Positions 58,386-64,000 of a stretch of 64,000 nt of DNA are shown here, piece by piece. Numbering within the stretch: the first letter of the stretch is position 1; the number at the start of each line of letters is the position of its first letter. A model generated the notes under the pieces. That model ran no database searches. It was not told the DNA's origin and saw only the letters and a program-made list of their open reading frames with translations. A program made the translations under genes and the position numbers. The DNA comes from Octopus sinensis (lineage: Eukaryota): NCBI RefSeq assembly GCF_006345805.1, contig NC_043000.1, forward strand, positions 90,954,001 through 91,018,000, in the 5' to 3' direction.

Positions 58386-58792
58386 AGTAGCACATTACAG
58401 GTTGGTTTCATATTGGATGAAGTCGTCGAAGAGGAAATCTCGGCTGGAGTGTCATTAATAATAGCTTTGCTTAATCTGTTTTGATATGACGCTCTACAAA
58501 TACAAAACGACAACTGTTTCGCAGGTCACTTCTGTTTTGTCTTAACTTTTATCGTCTTGACGTTTATGCAATTTTTATAAACATGTCTCAAAACTGTGGA
58601 CTGGTCCTGTATATGGATTTACTGCGTAACACTGCATACTTCGGCCAAATTACCATATACACATTTTGATTACAATACAACATAGAATACCCTGTTGCAT
58701 ATACACTTTCACACACACACACAAATATATAAAAATGTGCACTTTTTCGTGCCCAGTCCCGTCTGTATAGGTAGGAATATATACTAACGTAT

Positions 58793-59025
58793 ATATTTCT
58801 TTACTGCCCACAAGGGGCTAAACACAGAGGGGATAAACAAGGACAGACAAAGGGATTAAGTCGATTACATCGACCCCAGTGCGTAACTGGAACTTAATTT
58901 ATCGATCCCGAAAGGATGAAAGGCAAAGTCGACCACGGCGGAATTTGAACTCGGAACGTAACGACGAGCGAAATACCGCTAAGCATTTCGCCCGGCGTGC
59001 TACCGTTTCTGCCAGCTCGCCGCCT
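58793..59025 (-). mobile_element. SINE family B, full-length, low divergence
   Basis: Complete head to tail. Confidence 0.92.
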
Positions 59026-59179
59026 AATGAAGTAACAACCCATATTTATATATTATTGTATATATTACTGAATATCTCGATGTAAATTTACTAGTGTAGC
59101 TATTCGTCCGACTATCTTATAATCATCATCATCATCATCATTATGACATCGTTGTCGTCATCGTCGTCGTTATCGTTAT

Positions 59180-59187
59180 TATTACTG

Positions 59188-59245
<58 letters not shown>

Positions 59246-59360
59246 GCATATGTTTGTATGTGTTATATGTATGCATATACATTTATATGTGAGTGAGTGT
59301 ATATGTAAATATAAGTATATATATATGTGTGTGAATATATATATATTATATATATATATT

Positions 59361-59416
<56 letters not shown>

Positions 59417-59430
59417 TACATACATATATC
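59180..59430. repeat. (ATT)n and (TA)n repeats
   Basis: Directly visible. Confidence 0.95.
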
Positions 59431-59590
59431 AAGGCATGTGTGTATTGCACAAAGACAGACGTTCCATCCATGCAGCGAAGAAAGACTTCAACAACATTAT
59501 TGCAAGCATTAGTAAGTACGTTACTGTAAGTTGCCGAATACAAGCCCTCAAAAGCAGCACACATTACTTACGTGGACACACACACAAACA

Positions 59591-59629
<39 letters not shown>

Positions 59630-60229
59630 ACACACGCATTCAGACACACTCACACGCATTCACAAAGTCACACACACAACACTTCCCACACACACATACG
59701 TATATCCTCAAACATACGTACGTACAATATTAGCTATGCATCATTGCTTGAAACCTGTGTGCGTGAAAGGTAAAGAGAGCGACATCATACAAGTTAATTA
59801 CTTCTAAAACTCCATATATAACAATAAAATATTTTATGCTGGTTGATCATACGATGTTGATTTTGTTCACATGAAATTGTAATCCATCTCTTCAGACTTT
59901 AATCACTTTTAAACAGTCCTCACACAAACCCACATTCTTTTGCTTTCAGTCTCCACTTCAGCCTTCACCGTCTTCACAAACAGAACGAGCAGAAGCATAA
60001 CCGCTAACAATAACGGTGCCAGCGTTATCTGCAGCCGTTGCAACACTACCAGCAATGCCAACACTGCCAACACTCACAGTACCTACCATCATTGACATCA
60101 ATATCAGCATCGACATGAAGATCAATATTATTACTAGCACCATCGATACCAAAAGTTTGACCAAATTCTGTTCTGGTGTCAGTAAACAAGGTTGATCTGT
60201 CTCTTATCAAAGTGTGTGCATTTGTCCTT

Positions 60230-60830
60230 ATCGAGTTTAGTATGTATGTATGGTTGAGTGTATGCTTGCATGAATGTATGTATGTATGTTTGCATATATG
60301 TTTGTATGCGTGTAAGTGTATACGCTTGTATATTATGTACTTAAATATATAAGCGTATGTGCACATATGTAAATCTGTATATACGCGTTTGCATGTATAC
60401 GTGTATGTTTATATATATATATATATATATATATACGTGTATGTTTATATATATATATGTTTATATATATATGTATATATATGTATATATATGTATATAT
60501 ATATATGTATATATGTATATATATATATATGTATATGTATAGATATATACGTATATATATATAACTATATCTATCTATCTGTCTATCTATTTATCTATCT
60601 ATCTATCTATCTATATATATGTATGTATATAGACATATACAACTATCACTCTCAATCTTTCTCTCTCTCTCTTTCTCTCACTATGTATATGTATACACAC
60701 TCACACACATACATGTATACATGCCAGTGTAAGTGCATTCATATGCTGATACATCTTTGTATTTGCATGTATATGTATATATGTGTGTGTGTATGTATGT
60801 TTATTAATGCATGAATACATAATTTATGTA
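60230..60830. repeat. (TA)n/(TATG)n/(TCTA)n microsatellite field
   Basis: Directly visible. Confidence 0.93.
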
Positions 60831-61084
60831 TCGTATTTAGGCATATTTGTATATATGTGCTCACACATACACACATACAGAAGTATCTTTCGTCTTCCTC
60901 ATTTGTTTTAAATTTTATTTGAACGAGTAAACTGCCCTGTAATCGGCCCTGTGAAATGCGAAATTGAGTATTGTTCATTTAGTGTTATTTTGTGCAATAT
61001 TTCATTCTAAATGATAACAATCTTGTGGATTTTCTGTTGTCCCAGATATCGTTATAAACTGTACTGAAAACAAACAAATCAACG

Positions 61085-61190
61085 GAAAAGATCCCATCAG
61101 CTTCAAACGTAAATTGAGCGAATTTCTCTAAGAGATACCAGATAAGACACCAGAACACCTGGATACATCTGAGCAGTAAGAAATAATGTT
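61085..61190 (+). mobile_element. CR1 3' fragment homologous to 35730-35820
   Basis: DPISFKRKLSEFL*EIPDKTP versus DPIGFKKSLDRFLQEIPDKPP. Confidence 0.65.
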
Positions 61191-61821
61191 AATAATTGAA
61201 TATTTCCTTCGTACCCCGAAAACTCTGGCAGGTTATAATACATTGTACATCATCGAGGCTTGCACCATTTAAAATCTTAATTCCAGTCTGTTATTCAGCA
61301 CAGACTGTAAAACCACATGCATGGACCAGAGATAAGATAATAAAGAATACGTCCTAATTGTCTTTTTGCTTTCTGTATTTTTGTTTATTGTCGTAGCATT
61401 TTGTGTGGATGACTCGAGCCATATTTTAAACTACGTGCAAGTTACTAGCAATCACCTAATATTGAAAATTTGCACCAAAATACACACACGCACGCACAGA
61501 GGCATTATTTTGATAAAATATTTATATTAATTCAGAAACGAATCTAACCACTGATTCTTAACCAGTGCAACATATTCACATGAGCGTTCACATCATGCAA
61601 AACGCCCACAAGGGTATTTGGGATCTCCCTTGGCGGTCAAGTAATGAAACATGGTGTTTAGATGATGACATTTTATAGAAATGGAATTTTCATGATAAAA
61701 GTACGAACAGGACATTTAGTTATCAGTGAGAGGAAGCATTTCAGGCGGTGCAACAACGTACGGCATAATTTTGTTACGTAATTTCTCGCCGCCTTTAGTA
61801 ATTTTCCTTTGAAATTGAACG

Positions 61822-62086
61822 GATGTGGGTAACTGGTAAGAACTTTGCTTTCCATGCACATGGTTTCTTGTTCAGTTCCACTGCGTGGTACCTTGCGCAA
61901 GTGTCGTCTACTATAGCCCCGTCCCGACCGAAGCATCGAGAGTGGATTTAGTTAAAAGAAACTAAGAAATATATATTTCCACCTGCCAAATTCACTCACA
62001 ACTATTTCGTCGGATCAAGGTGTCACACAATGAGGCTGAAATCAGAACCATATACCTGGGATACAAGTTTCTTACCACACAGCCAC
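61822..62086. mobile_element. Two SINE-A 5' halves arranged tail-to-tail (+ 61822-61968; - 61975-62086)
   Basis: Both carry the tRNA-like head and GGATTT...GAAA region in opposite orientation. Confidence 0.75.
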
Positions 62087-62503
62087 ATATAGACAAGTGT
62101 GTGTATGGTCACTTTTTGAAAAAAGCATATATGACAGATTTATGGAGGCTTGGTCAAAGACGTTGGGGAGAGAACAAAAAGAAAGAGAGAAAAAGAGAAG
62201 TGTTTTCCCTTCAAAAATCTCTCATATATACTTTGTGTAAGTATTCACAACAGACACATGCTTACACACACATACATACACACACATATACAAATACATA
62301 AATCACAAAACATTCCTCTTTCCAAAACCCAAAGAAAGAAATTCAGTTCCAGATTCTTTTTTAACTGACTCACACATATATGAAAGGTATGATTTAAAAA
62401 TAAGAATTCAATAGATGATGAATCCCTGGAAGGGTTGAAAGCGCTGAATGAACAGTTTGCATTAAAATCTATTTTCTTTATATGTGCACCACTTCAAACA
62501 ATC

Positions 62504-62543
<40 letters not shown>

Positions 62544-62647
62544 ATGTAATATACAAATAAATATCTGTAAATATAAAACCATCCACATTTCTGAGTACCT
62601 CATTTCTTCTAATATAGAATACCTGTAAATCATCTCCAAACCTTCTA

Positions 62648-62686
<39 letters not shown>

Positions 62687-62696
62687 ACACACACAC

Positions 62697-62749
<53 letters not shown>

Positions 62750-62959
62750 ACAAAAAAATCTATATTCTGGATATAGAGTTACCCAAAGTTTCGAACTGAC
62801 AAAGCCAAAGCCTTGTGGACAGCTCGTTAGAGTCTATATAAAGACAAAATGTTAAAATTTCCACGTCGTCGACGTGGGGAAACGATCAGGAATCGAGGAA
62901 TATGTCGACAAGAAAAAGGTTAATGAGGAAAAAAACAACAACAACTCTTATAGAACTGA

Positions 62960-63994
62960 AGAAATGTCATTTGGTTTGCTCCACCCTTCTCGTTGAACGT
63001 CAAGACTTGTGTGGGAAATATTTTCCTTAGATTGATAGACAAACATTTTACACACACATACAGGCATTTATTTAACAGACACAACCAAATGGTCTTTTTT
63101 ATTTGTGCACCTAACATAAAAATCATTTTAACAAGTACCCACAATACAAAGGAGGAGGCGGGCTGTTCTTGCGGGGTATATAATAACTGTTCAGTGGGAG
63201 GCCGATGCGAGACTGAATGGGGAATCTATGAGGCTACAGTGATACCTAGACTTGCTATCCGCATTAATAGTAACGTACCAACTGACAGCAAAATTAGCAG
63301 ATTAACCAGATCTTACGCCAGTACAATTGTCACGCCCAGAGATAATAAACAGCCCGGGACCAGCGCCACAGACAGCGTCACCGAAGACCCCGGTACCACC
63401 ACCACCACCATAGTTTATAAACAAACCATAGACAGAGATAGGGTGACCAGGCCCTCAATGTATGTTACCACCAGTACAATCGCCGCACCTAGAAATGATG
63501 ACCAATCTATGACCAGCGACATCGAGGAGGTATCAAGCGTTCCTAGTACCACCGCCAAAGATGATGACCAAATATTTATCTTCGACACCCATGGGAAGAC
63601 CGGCCCTGAACCATATGTTACCAGGGGTGCGAATATGGCCACATTCTATGTGTGTAAATATATTGGATCTGCCAGTATTTCTTTCAAGCGACGTTTTCTT
63701 AACCACCAGTCATCCTTCAGAGTCCTAGAAAGACGGTTTGTCACGTCCCTGGCCCACTATGTGTAGCACCTCAAAGATCAAAGGACCCCGTGTGATGTCA
63801 GGTGGAAATTAATTGATCATTCGGTCCCATATATTAATGGAAGTGGCCACTACAAGATCTGCATCGTGGAGCGAGCCAAAATTCTTAAATACTAAACGAA
63901 ACCTGGCGCGTTAAGTAGTAAAAAAGTGTTTTGTAAATGTGTCCACTTCAAGCGCTACATACAGGAAAACTGGATCTCCCTGTTTGCTGGTTAA
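62960..63994 (+). mobile_element. Penelope-like retroelement C-terminal region: linker plus GIY-YIG endonuclease with a ~138-aa in-frame insertion; pseudogenised
   Basis: RNVIWFAPPFSLNVKTCVGNIFLRLIDKHF...CSC.....C.....C...GIY (63221)...YIG (63659) S...FKRRFLNHQSSF...SLAHYV*HLK...RWKLI...ICIVER...CKCVH. One frame, no frameshifts, internal stops at 63764 and ~63890. Confidence 0.85.
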
Positions 63995-64000
63995 GCCTCT

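Overview
AT-rich eukaryotic DNA, dense with microsatellites. The SINE families and repeat load suggest an Octopus-like cephalopod (inference). No intact, recognisable protein-coding gene, rRNA, tRNA gene or CRISPR array was found, and almost all ORFs in the supplied track are translations of simple repeats or SINEs. The window is a mosaic of mobile elements: two tRNA-derived SINE families (A, CORE-like with an internal microsatellite, 6 copies; B, about 19 insertion sites including a 4-unit tandem array), CR1-, R4/Dong- and RTE-type LINE fragments, three non-autonomous Helitrons with intact or near-intact termini, a Helentron/HINE-like element, and hAT and Tc1/mariner remnants. Penelope-like retroelement (PLE) material is prominent. 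It includes a type I hammerhead ribozyme motif (~16.1 kb, minus strand), two long fold-back hairpins next to (TA)n tracts (36.2 and 46.9 kb), and a GIY-YIG endonuclease region (62.96-63.99 kb) whose GIY and YIG motifs are 143 codons apart across an open, internally repeated Thr/Ser/Asp-rich insertion; this is the most unusual feature seen. A CCAAT/Ets/YY1-like promoter lies at ~4.3-4.6 kb, SINE-B copies show a strong strand bias, and there are weak candidate exons on both strands. Together these suggest the window may be intronic. SINE, LINE and microsatellite boundaries are approximate, read by eye.
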